Below, piece after piece: positions 55,029-64,000 of a stretch of 64,000 bases of DNA. The notes below the pieces were generated by a model. It did not search any database and had not been told where the DNA came from. It saw only the letters and a list, made by a program, of their open reading frames with translations. The stretch's first letter is position 1. The number at the start of each line of letters is the position of its first letter. The DNA is taken from assembly GCA_022508345.1 (NCBI GenBank), contig JAFLVK010000001.1:292371-356370 (forward strand), written 5' to 3'. The stretch is from Clostridiales bacterium. GTDB lineage: Bacteria; Bacillota; Clostridia; Christensenellales; CAG-314. A program made the translations under genes and the position numbers.

Positions 55029-56984
55029 TTAGAAGAAGAATGCGAAATCAGAAGTATGTCTTGTAATTGTTGTTGCCATGAGCGTCAAGATTGTCGCACT
55101 GATAATTGCTCCTGCCCAAATGTTACCGGTCTTTCTGTAGAAGTATCTGTTTAACGGAGCTATGAGAACCAACGGTGCAAACAAAGTCCACGTGTAGATG
55201 GAAGGATCGCCTGTTGTGTACAACGGCAAGCCCGTCTTAGCCAAATGTCCGTAGTTTACTGCTGTAAGTATTACGATAGGCAGTACGTTTGCCAAAGCAA
55301 CAAACAGTGTGGATGCCCATTCGGGTACTTCCTTAAATCTAGCCTTGACGTTGAGCATTGCGTTAGGAATTAGGAATGCAAGCCACATAGGCAGATACTT
55401 GAACAGAACTTCAGGCAACCATCTGAGTCTGGGTAAGCCGACAACGTAAATTGAAATGCCGAACGTCATGTCAAATACGTAGTAGCCGATAAATACGGGA
55501 ATGTACATCAGCACAATCAGCTCTACGCAGAACAGCACTGTGTTAAGGAATTGCTTTACACCGCCGTTAAGCTTTGCGCTAACAAGCAGACTTTCCACCT
55601 GTACATTGTCCTTGATGTAGCACAGTCTCTTAATAAGATAGTTCACACCTATCAAAGCAAACAGAACAAGACCGCTTGCCAAAGTGTACCAAGCCACACC
55701 GCTAACCACAGGCGTAATATTGTTGGACTGTATTATGCCTGCGCCTGCATCGAAGCATGGGAAGTACATAAAGTAAGCCAAAATAGCCAAAGGAATAAAC
55801 GTCAACAGCAAGGGAACGATTTCCTTCCAACTCTTGATGGAGGGAAGCATATCTCCAACAGGAGCGTCTTGGTTGACAAGGCTTGCAAATCTCTTGCGCT
55901 TGAGTAATGCTGCACCAAACACAAATATTGAAGCAAAGAATGCCAACAATCCCAAAAGCTGGAATACTACGCCCACAACCCAAGTTTGGTTGCCTGTAGC
56001 AAGCAGTTTAGCTCCCGTAGGAACACCGAATGCTGCGTAGAAGAACTCTATCGTCATTGAGGTAACTTCAACGGACATTACTGCACCGGGGTGAGTAACA
56101 TTTGCCTCGTGAATAATGATTGCCGAATCGGTACCGATTTTTTGACCGAACTCAGGAGTTTCAACTTTACCTTCTGCATTGTGCCATTCGCCGAAAGGAA
56201 CGCCCTCTTCAGGTGCTAAATCATGCGCGAAACCGGTAAATGCCACTCTTAACCAAGAGGACATATCACCCATTTCTTCGTTTTTACCTGCGATGACATC
56301 GATAAGCAAACCTTCACTTACGTGAGTGCCTTCACCAAAGAATGAGTCCTTGTTGCCCATACCGAGAATGAATGCTGACAAAGCTCCTGCCGAGCAGCAG
56401 TATGCCGATACGTGCTTTTTGGAGCCTTCTTTGTTGAGCTTAAGTATTGTGTTACCAATTGCCAAGTCGCCCGCGCTGTGTCCTACTGCGCCAACCTTTG
56501 TTTCGTCAACGTAGGGAAGGCTCATTGCGTATTCCGTAGCGGCAAGTACGCAATTGTCGTCGCCAATTGACGCGTCACTACGACCGTGACCTGCAAGGTC
56601 TACTGCAACTACAACAAAACCACGTCTGCTCAATTCAACAAAGTTTTGAATTTGCATTTCCTTGGAGTTGTTCCAGCCGTGTGCGCTAACAATAGCAGGC
56701 GCAGGTGTTTCCGACGTCGCGTTTTTGGGAATATAAGTTGTCAGGCTTATTTGTCCCGTCAATTGCGACATACCTGAGCCGGCGCAGGTAGCTGGTTCTA
56801 GGTCCTTGCCTGCCGCTTCGATATTGTTGTTGATAGTTTCAGCTAATTCGTTAATTGGACAAATCGTTACTTCCTGCTTAACAGTGAAAAAACTGGTTTG
56901 TACAAGATAACTACCAACCATGCTGAGTAACAAAACCGCAACTACGCAGATAACCGCAATCCAGGTCTTTGTTAATTTTTTCAT
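55029..56984 (-). CDS. Alpha/beta-hydrolase domain fused to a polytopic membrane domain
   Basis: N-terminal TM. HGWNNSKE ... VVAVDLAGHGRSD and nucleophile elbow GHSAGD. The C-terminal ~300 aa carry about 8 hydrophobic helices. Confidence 0.6.
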   Translation of the reverse strand: MKKLTKTWIAVICVVAVLLLSMVGSYLVQTSFFTVKQEVTICPINELAETINNNIEAAGKDLEPATCAGSGMSQLTGQISLTTYIPKNATSETPAPAIVSAHGWNNSKEMQIQNFVELSRRGFVVVAVDLAGHGRSDASIGDDNCVLAATEYAMSLPYVDETKVGAVGHSAGDLAIGNTILKLNKEGSKKHVSAYCCSAGALSAFILGMGNKDSFFGEGTHVSEGLLIDVIAGKNEEMGDMSSWLRVAFTGFAHDLAPEEGVPFGEWHNAEGKVETPEFGQKIGTDSAIIIHEANVTHPGAVMSVEVTSMTIEFFYAAFGVPTGAKLLATGNQTWVVGVVFQLLGLLAFFASIFVFGAALLKRKRFASLVNQDAPVGDMLPSIKSWKEIVPLLLTFIPLAILAYFMYFPCFDAGAGIIQSNNITPVVSGVAWYTLASGLVLFALIGVNYLIKRLCYIKDNVQVESLLVSAKLNGGVKQFLNTVLFCVELIVLMYIPVFIGYYVFDMTFGISIYVVGLPRLRWLPEVLFKYLPMWLAFLIPNAMLNVKARFKEVPEWASTLFVALANVLPIVILTAVNYGHLAKTGLPLYTTGDPSIYTWTLFAPLVLIAPLNRYFYRKTGNIWAGAIISATILTLMATTITRHTSDFAFFF

Positions 56985-57031
56985 GTTTCTTCCTCCTTAT
57001 TAGATATATGTTTTTTCCGACAACGTGTCGG

Positions 57032-58306
57032 CTATATCTCATTTATTAGCAAGCTTAGTCTGTTAAACGTCAATCTGTTGCGTATGTAAGGACTCAACTT
57101 GATGACAAGCGACTTTTTGCTTTCCTCTACTCCTATATCGCTCAAGCTGTTTTTCATACCCAGTTTACTGTACATCGATTTAAGTTCCTCAACAGATGGA
57201 ATGTCCAGCAGTACTTGCTTTATCTCTTGCCAGTTGTCTTGCAACGACTGAGCGTTCACTGCCGCCAAGCAGTCGTTTTCATTTTCTTTGTAAAGCATAT
57301 CGGCAAGCGTATCGAAATTGCGACGGTAAAAAGCTATGTTTTTAATGCGCTTTTTTTGCCGTATGACGGCAACCGTTTTTTCAATTTGCTGCGCAAGGCT
57401 GTCGTCCATTTGAAGCTCCGTTGCAAGCTTGCGGTAATGTTCCGCTATCGCCAGCGTGCCTACGCCTACGCTTTCGCCGTGAAGCGCGTCTGTGTGAATA
57501 CCCAACGTCGGTGGCGCAATGGTCAACAGGTGGGAAAAGTGATGCTCCGCGCCCGACGCTGGACGCGACGACCCCACTAGCTGCATTGCCAAGCCCGACA
57601 GTAACAGCGCGTAGGTGATTTGCAGATAAAAGTCATCTCCCTGCAAAATATCATTGTTAACCAAGTCGGTAACGGCATTTAGCGCGTCTTTTACCAGCTT
57701 AACTGTTTTCTCACAGTAAAACTCTCCCGTAACGAGATGCGCCACTTTCCAGTCCGCAAGGGAAACGTATTTGCCCAGTATATCTCCCAGTCCGCTTTTT
57801 ACCAGTCTGTCGGGAGCATTTTTAATTACCGCCAAGTCTGCAATGACAATTTTGGGTGCTATTGCGGGAACGGTAACCTTTGTATGATTGAAAGTCATGG
57901 CGCAAACGGACGAACAGAAGCCGTCTACGCTTGCCGCTGTAGGACAGCACACCAATATAAGATTTTTTAACTTAGCGCAGTAACGCGCAATATCTGTGAC
58001 AGTACCGGAACCGAATGCTGCTATTACCTTGACATCTTCACGCAATTGCAACAACGTCGAACGCACCGCCGCTTCGTCTGCATGCAAGTTGTTGGCGTTC
58101 AACACAATCATTTGATCGATAGCGGGTACGTGCATGCCTACGGCGCGCACCGTGTTGGTATCGAACAGTCCAACTATTGCGCCGTCAACTCCACATTGGC
58201 GCAATATATCGTTAAACCTGTGCAAACAGCCTTCTTCAATGACGATACATTCTGTTTCTATACGACGGTCATCGCCGTGCAACAAATTGTTTGCATTTAT
58301 CAACAT
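57032..58306 (-). CDS. AraM-like glycerol-1-phosphate dehydrogenase / iron-containing ADH superfamily
   Basis: AFGSGTVTDIARY glycine-rich NAD motif, GDILGKY, and His-rich SGAEHHFSH metal site. Confidence 0.7.
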   Translation of the reverse strand: MLINANNLLHGDDRRIETECIVIEEGCLHRFNDILRQCGVDGAIVGLFDTNTVRAVGMHVPAIDQMIVLNANNLHADEAAVRSTLLQLREDVKVIAAFGSGTVTDIARYCAKLKNLILVCCPTAASVDGFCSSVCAMTFNHTKVTVPAIAPKIVIADLAVIKNAPDRLVKSGLGDILGKYVSLADWKVAHLVTGEFYCEKTVKLVKDALNAVTDLVNNDILQGDDFYLQITYALLLSGLAMQLVGSSRPASGAEHHFSHLLTIAPPTLGIHTDALHGESVGVGTLAIAEHYRKLATELQMDDSLAQQIEKTVAVIRQKKRIKNIAFYRRNFDTLADMLYKENENDCLAAVNAQSLQDNWQEIKQVLLDIPSVEELKSMYSKLGMKNSLSDIGVEESKKSLVIKLSPYIRNRLTFNRLSLLINEI

Positions 58307-58437
58307 AATTCGAGTTTCCTTACAAACATACTAGCATGTATTGAGGCGTTATTAAAGAAGAATATTAGCCAATACTGGACATTTATTAGTTTTTGTGCTA
58401 TTATTTGCTTGCAAAATCAAGTTGAGGGAGCAAAATC

Positions 58438-59322
58438 ATGTTAAGCCGACACGAGAAAAGAAATTACATCGGGAATGAAAAAATTTGGGTGGGAACTTAC
58501 GAAAATTTGCACAATTTGAGCCATTGGCACATGGATAACGAGATTATTTTTGTCACAAAAGGCAATGCCAAGGTTTCTCTTAACGGTGAAACAAGATACG
58601 TCGAGCAAGGACAGGCAGTATTTTGTCAAAGTGGCACGTTGCATTACATAAATGGCGAAAAAGACAGCCTGATAGACATTTTTTTGTTTGATAATAATCT
58701 CGTTGAAGACATAACTTCGCGTTACGTCCTTGCCGACCCTGTTTTGAAGGGAAATTACAATTTGGATTATTTCTTCGACTTGATAAAAAATGAACTTGCA
58801 AACAGAGAAGATTTTTACGAAAGCAGGACCAACGCACTGATAATTTACTTGATTTCGGACATTTTCCGCCGTGAGCACACGCAACAGTTAACCGACAGCA
58901 CGGAAAAACTGAACAAATCGGAAGGAAAAACCATTTCCGGCTACAAGGAATTGCTAAACCACATCGACCAAAGCTACGAATATTTAACATTCAAAGATGC
59001 GGCAACGTATATGGGACTTAGTGAAACGTATTTCAGCAAGCTGTTTAAAAACCTGTGCGGAATGACATTTTCACAATACCTAAATGTTGTTCGCATAGAA
59101 AAGGCAATAGAACTGCTTTCTTCGAAAAATTCCTACTCAATGACGGAAATCGCCTCAACATGCGGATACTCCTCAATACGCCACTTTAACAGAAGTTTTT
59201 TGCAGATTACCGGCTACTCCCCCAGCGCGTTACCCTCCGATTACCAGCTTGACTTCAAGCAATTTAAAACGGTAACTGATTCCTTTAACCCCACGTTGGA
59301 CGAAAGCAAGCTTATTACCTGA
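58438..59322 (+). CDS. AraC-family transcriptional regulator (cupin plus HTH_18)
   Basis: N-terminal cupin (HWHMDNEIIFV). C-terminus FKDAATYMGLSETYFSKLFK ... IASTCGYSSIRHFNRSF. Confidence 0.9.
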   Translation: MLSRHEKRNYIGNEKIWVGTYENLHNLSHWHMDNEIIFVTKGNAKVSLNGETRYVEQGQAVFCQSGTLHYINGEKDSLIDIFLFDNNLVEDITSRYVLADPVLKGNYNLDYFFDLIKNELANREDFYESRTNALIIYLISDIFRREHTQQLTDSTEKLNKSEGKTISGYKELLNHIDQSYEYLTFKDAATYMGLSETYFSKLFKNLCGMTFSQYLNVVRIEKAIELLSSKNSYSMTEIASTCGYSSIRHFNRSFLQITGYSPSALPSDYQLDFKQFKTVTDSFNPTLDESKLIT

Positions 59323-59410
59323 TAATGTAAAATCAACAAAAAATAGGGCACCGTGTTCTAACACACTGTGCCCTTATTTTTCAATTTACAAATGTAATAC
59401 AACCGATACG

Positions 59411-61249
59411 CTAATTCGAATCAGTATCTTCTGTAGCGGCCTTGCGACTGTTGATTTCTTCCATCATCATGTCGTAATACTTTTCGTCTATTACAAACTT
59501 TTTGTGCTGGATGATAAGCGCCGCAAACAGGAACAGCATTGGTACCACCGTTACCGCAGCGCGTATCCACAGGCGCATTGACATTGTGCTTTGCTCCTTG
59601 AAGTGAATGTTGGCTACGTTAAATGCTACACCGTCTATTTCACCCGACAGCAGGAAGATGTACGTCTTGCCCTCCACTAGGTCGCCACTCTTGTAGTCGT
59701 TGACAAAGGCTACAAATATGTTGCCGTCTTCCGTCTTTTCCATGATGGCAACGTCACCGATTGCAAACAGATATTCCGCGGAAATTTGACGCCCCTTGAG
59801 CACCGGGTCGTTTGAAAGCCTCTCGTTCAGTTCGTCGAAATTCACCATGCATGTTGTAGTCACTTGCACTTCGCCTGTTTCGGGGTCTTCCATTACAACA
59901 TCGTCGTACATGTGAAGATAACGGTTCACTGCATCAAGATATTCCACCTGTTCGGCAACCGTCATGCGGTCGAAGTAACCCTTTTGCGCCTCAACGGTTG
60001 AGATGTTTTGCGACAGTCCGTACACGGCGGAAACAATCAGCACCAACGTGATGATACCGTATTTCATTGCATCGGCGAACTTTGCCATCAAGGGGCGCAG
60101 CGTTGACACTACCGCTTCGTTGCGTTCACCGCGCTTGTACTCGTTGTACTCCACGCAGTTGGTCATGTTGATTATGCTTGCCATGTAGAACAGCGCTTGC
60201 CCCACGAATACAAGTATACCGAATATGCTAAGCGTAATTAGGTTAAAGGGTAAAATACTCGTCCAACCTATGAGCGCAATACCAAGGTATCCCACGCATG
60301 CAACAATTATCGATACTATTTGCAGCTTGCGTCTGCCCAGCCAATTTGCCAACTTGGGGTAGAAAACTTGCGCCAGGATGTTGAATACGCCGAATATTGC
60401 AATGAACACGATTGCGTTTCCGTCGTAGCCGATTTCCAGATAATACAGGTTGTACGCAAGTCCGACCAACAGTGAGCTACCGATGTTGTAGAACAGCATT
60501 GACAGCGTCATCCACAGTATTTGGTCGTTTTTCCTGATTGTCTGCCACATCTGACGGAAGGAAACTTTTTCGTTTACCTCCATGAGCGAACGCGGACGTT
60601 CCCTGATAAACACCACCATCACAACCTGCATTGCCATGAATATCACTGCAATGCCAATGGAAATCCAGCGGAAAGCCTGAAGCACGTTACCGGGATACAG
60701 GAATGATATACCGCCCTGCCCGATAAATGCGCCCAGCCCGGCAAATACAACGGTGAGCATGGTTGCGGAGTTACGTTGCTCCTTTTTGCTACTGAGGCTT
60801 GCCAGCATGGACCAGTAACCGATGTCGTTCATGGTGAATGCACTTTCCCACAGCAGGTACATGATTACCATGTACACCACAAAGCCCCAGCCTGTAAACA
60901 CCGTCTGTATGTTGAACATGAGGATAATTATCGTGCCTGTCAACAGGGCGCCGATCAGTATCCACGGACGGAACTTGCCGAACTTCATGTGCGTGCCTTC
61001 GATTATCGCGCCCATCATCGGGTCGTTGATTGCATCCCATATGCGACCCGCAATACCAATAAGCAAGCTTATCGTGGTAAATTGCGCGATGGTCAGCGTC
61101 ATGCCGAACTGTATGTAGGTGAGCAGGAAGGATGCAATAAGCTGGTAAGACATGTCGCGTCCGATTCCGCTTACGCTAAACAGCCACTTGTTGCGGTTAA
61201 ACTGCCTGTCTTCGGCAGATAGCTCTGTTTTTAGCGCTTTCGTCGCCAT
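59411..61249 (-). CDS. GPH-family glycoside/pentoside:cation symporter with a ~145-aa loop insertion
   Basis: DAINDPMMGAIIEGTHMKFGKFRPW GPH signature. Start at ATG 61249 follows AAAGGAG. The insertion lies before the last TM. Confidence 0.8.
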   Translation of the reverse strand: MATKALKTELSAEDRQFNRNKWLFSVSGIGRDMSYQLIASFLLTYIQFGMTLTIAQFTTISLLIGIAGRIWDAINDPMMGAIIEGTHMKFGKFRPWILIGALLTGTIIILMFNIQTVFTGWGFVVYMVIMYLLWESAFTMNDIGYWSMLASLSSKKEQRNSATMLTVVFAGLGAFIGQGGISFLYPGNVLQAFRWISIGIAVIFMAMQVVMVVFIRERPRSLMEVNEKVSFRQMWQTIRKNDQILWMTLSMLFYNIGSSLLVGLAYNLYYLEIGYDGNAIVFIAIFGVFNILAQVFYPKLANWLGRRKLQIVSIIVACVGYLGIALIGWTSILPFNLITLSIFGILVFVGQALFYMASIINMTNCVEYNEYKRGERNEAVVSTLRPLMAKFADAMKYGIITLVLIVSAVYGLSQNISTVEAQKGYFDRMTVAEQVEYLDAVNRYLHMYDDVVMEDPETGEVQVTTTCMVNFDELNERLSNDPVLKGRQISAEYLFAIGDVAIMEKTEDGNIFVAFVNDYKSGDLVEGKTYIFLLSGEIDGVAFNVANIHFKEQSTMSMRLWIRAAVTVVPMLFLFAALIIQHKKFVIDEKYYDMMMEEINSRKAATEDTDSN

Positions 61250-61426
61250 AACAATCTCCTTTTTCTTGTTGTAACATAATATGCGGCGCAATTTGTCTCT
61301 AGTTTTACCAAAATGCACCGTTTCTTGCTTGTATTGTATCACACCGCGCGCGCATAATAAATAAAAATGAAAATTTAATGATTTTTTTTACATATAAACA
61401 ACTGCGCAAAAACCGCGTGAAATTTG

Positions 61427-61455
61427 TTGACAACATTCAATTTGTTTGTTACAAT
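61427..61455 (+). promoter_or_regulatory. Promoter of the tRNA operon
   Basis: TTGACA, 17-nt spacer, TACAAT. Confidence 0.65.
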
Positions 61456-61496
61456 AAGTAGGCTTTTGACAGTAGCGAATGTCGGAAGAGCAATAT

Positions 61497-61573
61497 GGCG
61501 GCGTAGCTTAGATGGTTATAGCGGCCGGTTCATACCCGGCAGGTCGTTGGTTCGAATCCGACCGCCGCTACCA
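61497..61573 (+). tRNA. tRNA with CAU anticodon (Met elongator or Ile2), CCA encoded
   Basis: Hand-folded cloverleaf. Acceptor GGCGGCG/CGCCGCT, anticodon arm GCCGG-TTCATAC-CCGGC, T arm GTTGG-TTCGAAT-CCGAC. Confidence 0.85.
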
Positions 61574-61578
61574 AACAC

Positions 61579-61653
61579 GGCTCCTTGGTCAAGCGGTCAA
61601 GACATCGCCCTTTCACGGCGGTAACACGGGTTCGATTCCCGTAGGAGTCACCA
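61579..61653 (+). tRNA. tRNA-Glu (UUC), CCA encoded
   Basis: Acceptor GGCTCCT/AGGAGTC, anticodon loop CTTTCAC, T arm ACGGG-TTCGATT-CCCGT. Confidence 0.88.
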
Positions 61654-61656
61654 TAT

Positions 61657-61732
61657 GGGGAGTTAGCTCAGTTGGGAGAGCATCTGCCTTACAAGCAGGG
61701 GGTCACAGGTTCGAGCCCTGTACTCCCCACCA
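61657..61732 (+). tRNA. tRNA-Val (UAC), CCA encoded
   Basis: Acceptor GGGGAGT/ACTCCCC, D arm GCTC-AGTTGGGA-GAGC, anticodon loop CTTACAA, T arm ACAGG-TTCGAGC-CCTGT. Confidence 0.9.
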
Positions 61733-61739
61733 TACGATA

Positions 61740-61766
61740 CCCAGTCGAAGTGTCGACTGGGTTTTT
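61740..61766 (+). terminator. Terminator of the tRNA operon
   Basis: cccagtcga-N4-tcgactggg followed by ttttt. Confidence 0.8.
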
Positions 61767-61874
61767 CAGTAGGATTAGGACGGATTTAATTTTTTGCCAA
61801 GGACAGGCGGAAGATTTCAAAGGTATTACACAAAAAGATTAAAAAAGAAAAAAGCTCATGCTCACTAGAAAACG

Positions 61875-61903
61875 AAAAAAACGCCTTAAACGGGCGTTTT
61901 TTT
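61875..61903. terminator. Bidirectional terminator (serves the surface-protein gene on the minus strand)
   Basis: aacgcc-N7-ggcgtt flanked by an A-run and a T-run. Confidence 0.6.
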
Positions 61904-61956
61904 GTTGTTTTTTGATACTTTTTTCTATTTTGTCTTTATTTGAAGTTTTTCGATAA

Positions 61957-64000
61957 TTATTTTATATGCTTTCTTTTCTTTAGAATAAAGAATGCAACTG
62001 CACCACCTATTGATAAACTTCCACCAACGGAGCCAACGACAATACCGACGGTTGCGGCCGTCGTGTCGCTTGGTTCGGTGGGTTCACTCGGCTCGGTAGG
62101 TTCGCTTGGTTCAGTAGGTTCACTCGGCTCAGTGGGATCGGTCGGGGTAGACGGATCAACGTAAACGGTTACCGCTTGGAAGATCATGTTACTTGTTACA
62201 GTTACCTCTTGACCAAGCGCGTATTTGGTATCACCCACTTTCCAACCCGTAAGCCTGTAGCCCTCTGCAAGTTGAATGAAGCTTGGTAGCGTTATTACCG
62301 CGCCATACTCAACAGTGATGCTGTCAATAAACTCACTACCGTTGTAATACGCAACTGTCAACTTGATTTTTTCAATCCTTGCAACAAACGTCATTGCCTT
62401 GGTGACGGATACTGTTTCACCCACTCCGTAGCACACGTCGTCGGCGTACCAACCCAAAAATTCATACCCTTGTTCAATTTGAGACAAAGACGGCATGGTG
62501 ATTGTTCCATCGTAATCCACGTACGTGACGGCAACCAAGTCACTGCCAACGCGGAACTCCACTCTTAGCGAACCTTCCTTGATGGGCAAGATTACGATAT
62601 CCTCGGCAACGTCTATTTCGTCACCCACGTCATAATAACTGCCGTTGTACTCCCACTTGATGATATTTCCGTCCACCGCACTTGATGTCGATGGGAACAC
62701 GAATGTTTCGCCCGGAGTAACGTAGATATACTCTTCTTCGTCGCCATAACGGATTGTAATTTTGTACTTTTGCCCCACTACCACTTGAATGACCGTCATG
62801 TCGTCAATAGCAATGGAGTCGCCAACGTGGTAAGTGACGCCGTTCACAACAAAAGAGATAATATACTTGTCGGGATGTGTTGCTTCAAAGTCATCTGCCG
62901 TGAAGGTGTAGGTGGAACCGTTTTCAACCAAGAAGGATTCCGCACCTATTTCATCGCCGTAATCCAGCGTCACTTTGACGCGTTTGGGCACATAGCAAAT
63001 GGTATTTCCTCTTATCTCGATGCGTCCCCTGCTTTCGTCTAAATTTAAGAAAGAAATTTCCATATCCTCAAGCGCATTCGCTGGAATGTCAAAATCTGCA
63101 GTGAAAATTACCTTTACGTAATCGAAGTCATAGCTATCAAGCGTGATATGGAAAGAGGTGTACGTTTGAGGCTGCATGGTGCCCCAATCTATCGGCCCGT
63201 AAAACGGTTGTACGGTAAACATGGCTGTAGTCAGGTGGACGGTAGCGTTTTGCGATAAGAAAATATCTCTCGTTAGTTCCGCATCGATTTTTTTACCGGT
63301 ACCGGTAGCTCCTGCAATAACGACGTTTCCGCTGTTGACGTAAAGAGAATACTTCATTTCATCTTCCGTCGGCATTGTTGCCTTAGACGCGTAATTGAAG
63401 AAGAAGTTGACGGCGAGCAGCTGCAAATTGCCACTTTCCATGTACAGTTCGTAACCTACCGGGGCGGAGTCGTTGTACAATTGAGGCCTGCCGCTAATGC
63501 TTTCCGAAGTAAATTTCAGTTCGGAATTGGCATCACCCTTGTAATAAATACCTCCACCAAGCTGCGATGCTGTGTTCAACGTAATCATAATATCTTCATG
63601 AAGTAAAGCGCTACCCTCTATAAACATTGCGGCGCCGTAGTTCGCATTGTTGTATCTTAGCGTTACATTTTGCATTTTTGTTAGTTTGGCTCCGCCAATT
63701 AATGCAATAGCCCCGCCGTATTGCGCCGTATTGTATTCCATCATCATGCGCTGGGTAAAGGATGTATTTGTATCTCCGATAATGTGCGTAATCGTTCCCT
63801 CGCATGCGATAGCCCCACCGTAAATTGAGGAAGTATTGTTCGATAGCGTTGAAAAATTGTTTATTGATGCCGACGAGGTAGTGTCGATAAATATTCCACC
63901 ACCGTTGTTCGTTGCCGTGTTGTAGTTTATTGTTGATTTGGTAAAGGTCAGCGTTGATGTATCGGCAGCATATATTCCACCGCCGTCTACCGCCGAGCAA
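61957..64000 (-). CDS. Large surface protein, 5'-partial: PMP-type repeats, Listeria-Bacteroides-type repeat domains, TEPS linker, C-terminal TM anchor
   Basis: I verified by hand that the frame stays open from 63747 to the window edge (…GGGIYAADTSTL…NNGGGIFID…IYGGAIACEG…YGGAIALIGG). GYEFLGWY and GYRLTGWK repeat domains. C-terminal hydrophobic helix plus KKRKHIK. Confidence 0.75.
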   Translation of the reverse strand, partial: CSAVDGGGIYAADTSTLTFTKSTINYNTATNNGGGIFIDTTSSASINNFSTLSNNTSSIYGGAIACEGTITHIIGDTNTSFTQRMMMEYNTAQYGGAIALIGGAKLTKMQNVTLRYNNANYGAAMFIEGSALLHEDIMITLNTASQLGGGIYYKGDANSELKFTSESISGRPQLYNDSAPVGYELYMESGNLQLLAVNFFFNYASKATMPTEDEMKYSLYVNSGNVVIAGATGTGKKIDAELTRDIFLSQNATVHLTTAMFTVQPFYGPIDWGTMQPQTYTSFHITLDSYDFDYVKVIFTADFDIPANALEDMEISFLNLDESRGRIEIRGNTICYVPKRVKVTLDYGDEIGAESFLVENGSTYTFTADDFEATHPDKYIISFVVNGVTYHVGDSIAIDDMTVIQVVVGQKYKITIRYGDEEEYIYVTPGETFVFPSTSSAVDGNIIKWEYNGSYYDVGDEIDVAEDIVILPIKEGSLRVEFRVGSDLVAVTYVDYDGTITMPSLSQIEQGYEFLGWYADDVCYGVGETVSVTKAMTFVARIEKIKLTVAYYNGSEFIDSITVEYGAVITLPSFIQLAEGYRLTGWKVGDTKYALGQEVTVTSNMIFQAVTVYVDPSTPTDPTEPSEPTEPSEPTEPSEPTEPSDTTAATVGIVVGSVGGSLSIGGAVAFFILKKRKHIK
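62068..62145 (-). repeat. Tandem 18-bp (9-bp sub-period) repeat encoding the (TEPSEP)n linker
   Basis: ggttcactcggctcggtaggttcgcttggttcagtaggttcactcggctcagtggg encodes PTDPTEPSEPTEPSEPTEPSEPTEPS. Confidence 0.85.

Noticed and set aside
62068-62145. A short tandem repeat that might look like a CRISPR array or satellite.
   Set aside because: The period is 18 bp with no spacers, and it lies in-frame inside a CDS encoding a Pro/Thr/Glu/Ser linker. No CRISPR-like repeat-spacer array exists anywhere in the window.
63611-64000. The 129-aa track ORF at the window edge.
   Set aside because: It lies in a different frame from the surface-protein gene, whose own frame I translated by hand and found open, with PMP-type repeats, up to position 64000.

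Overview
The window looks like a Firmicutes/Clostridia-type chromosome segment of medium GC content. About 90% of the genes lie on the minus strand in tightly packed, often overlapping arrays.

Housekeeping arrays:
- SBP-like gene, murB, whiA, dnaE.
- A SAM-I riboswitch, then metK, recD2, secA, prfB.
- proS; an OmpR/histidine-kinase pair; a heterodimeric ABC exporter pair; an rRNA methyltransferase.

Metabolic and envelope modules:
- An L-arabinose cluster: araA, araD, araB, an alpha/beta-hydrolase-membrane fusion, an AraM-like dehydrogenase, an AraC regulator and a GPH symporter.
- An extracytoplasmic flavinylation cluster: pyridoxal-kinase-like gene, Gx transporter, ApbE-NusG_II fusion and an FMN-binding lipoprotein.
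- A cobalamin-riboswitch-controlled DUF4430 lipoprotein plus a small polytopic membrane protein.
- A GH13 glucosidase, a CIRCE-controlled hsp20, and a giant orphan RND pump.
- A tRNA-Met/Glu/Val operon.
- The 3' part of a large PMP-repeat surface protein that runs off the window.
- An AT-rich islet at about 2.06-5.53 kb with decayed gene fragments.

The most unusual signal is non-coding. A family of about 120-130 nt occurs three times in the same orientation (13808-13929, 30491-30619, 43311-43435). The internal blocks are conserved, while the stem arms differ between copies but stay complementary within each copy. Two copies embed the UGA stop codon of the upstream gene (dnaE, prfB). The third sits between a cobalamin aptamer and its regulated ORF. 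I could not match it to any RNA or mobile-element family I know.

All protein calls rest on motif recognition in the supplied translations, not on database searches.
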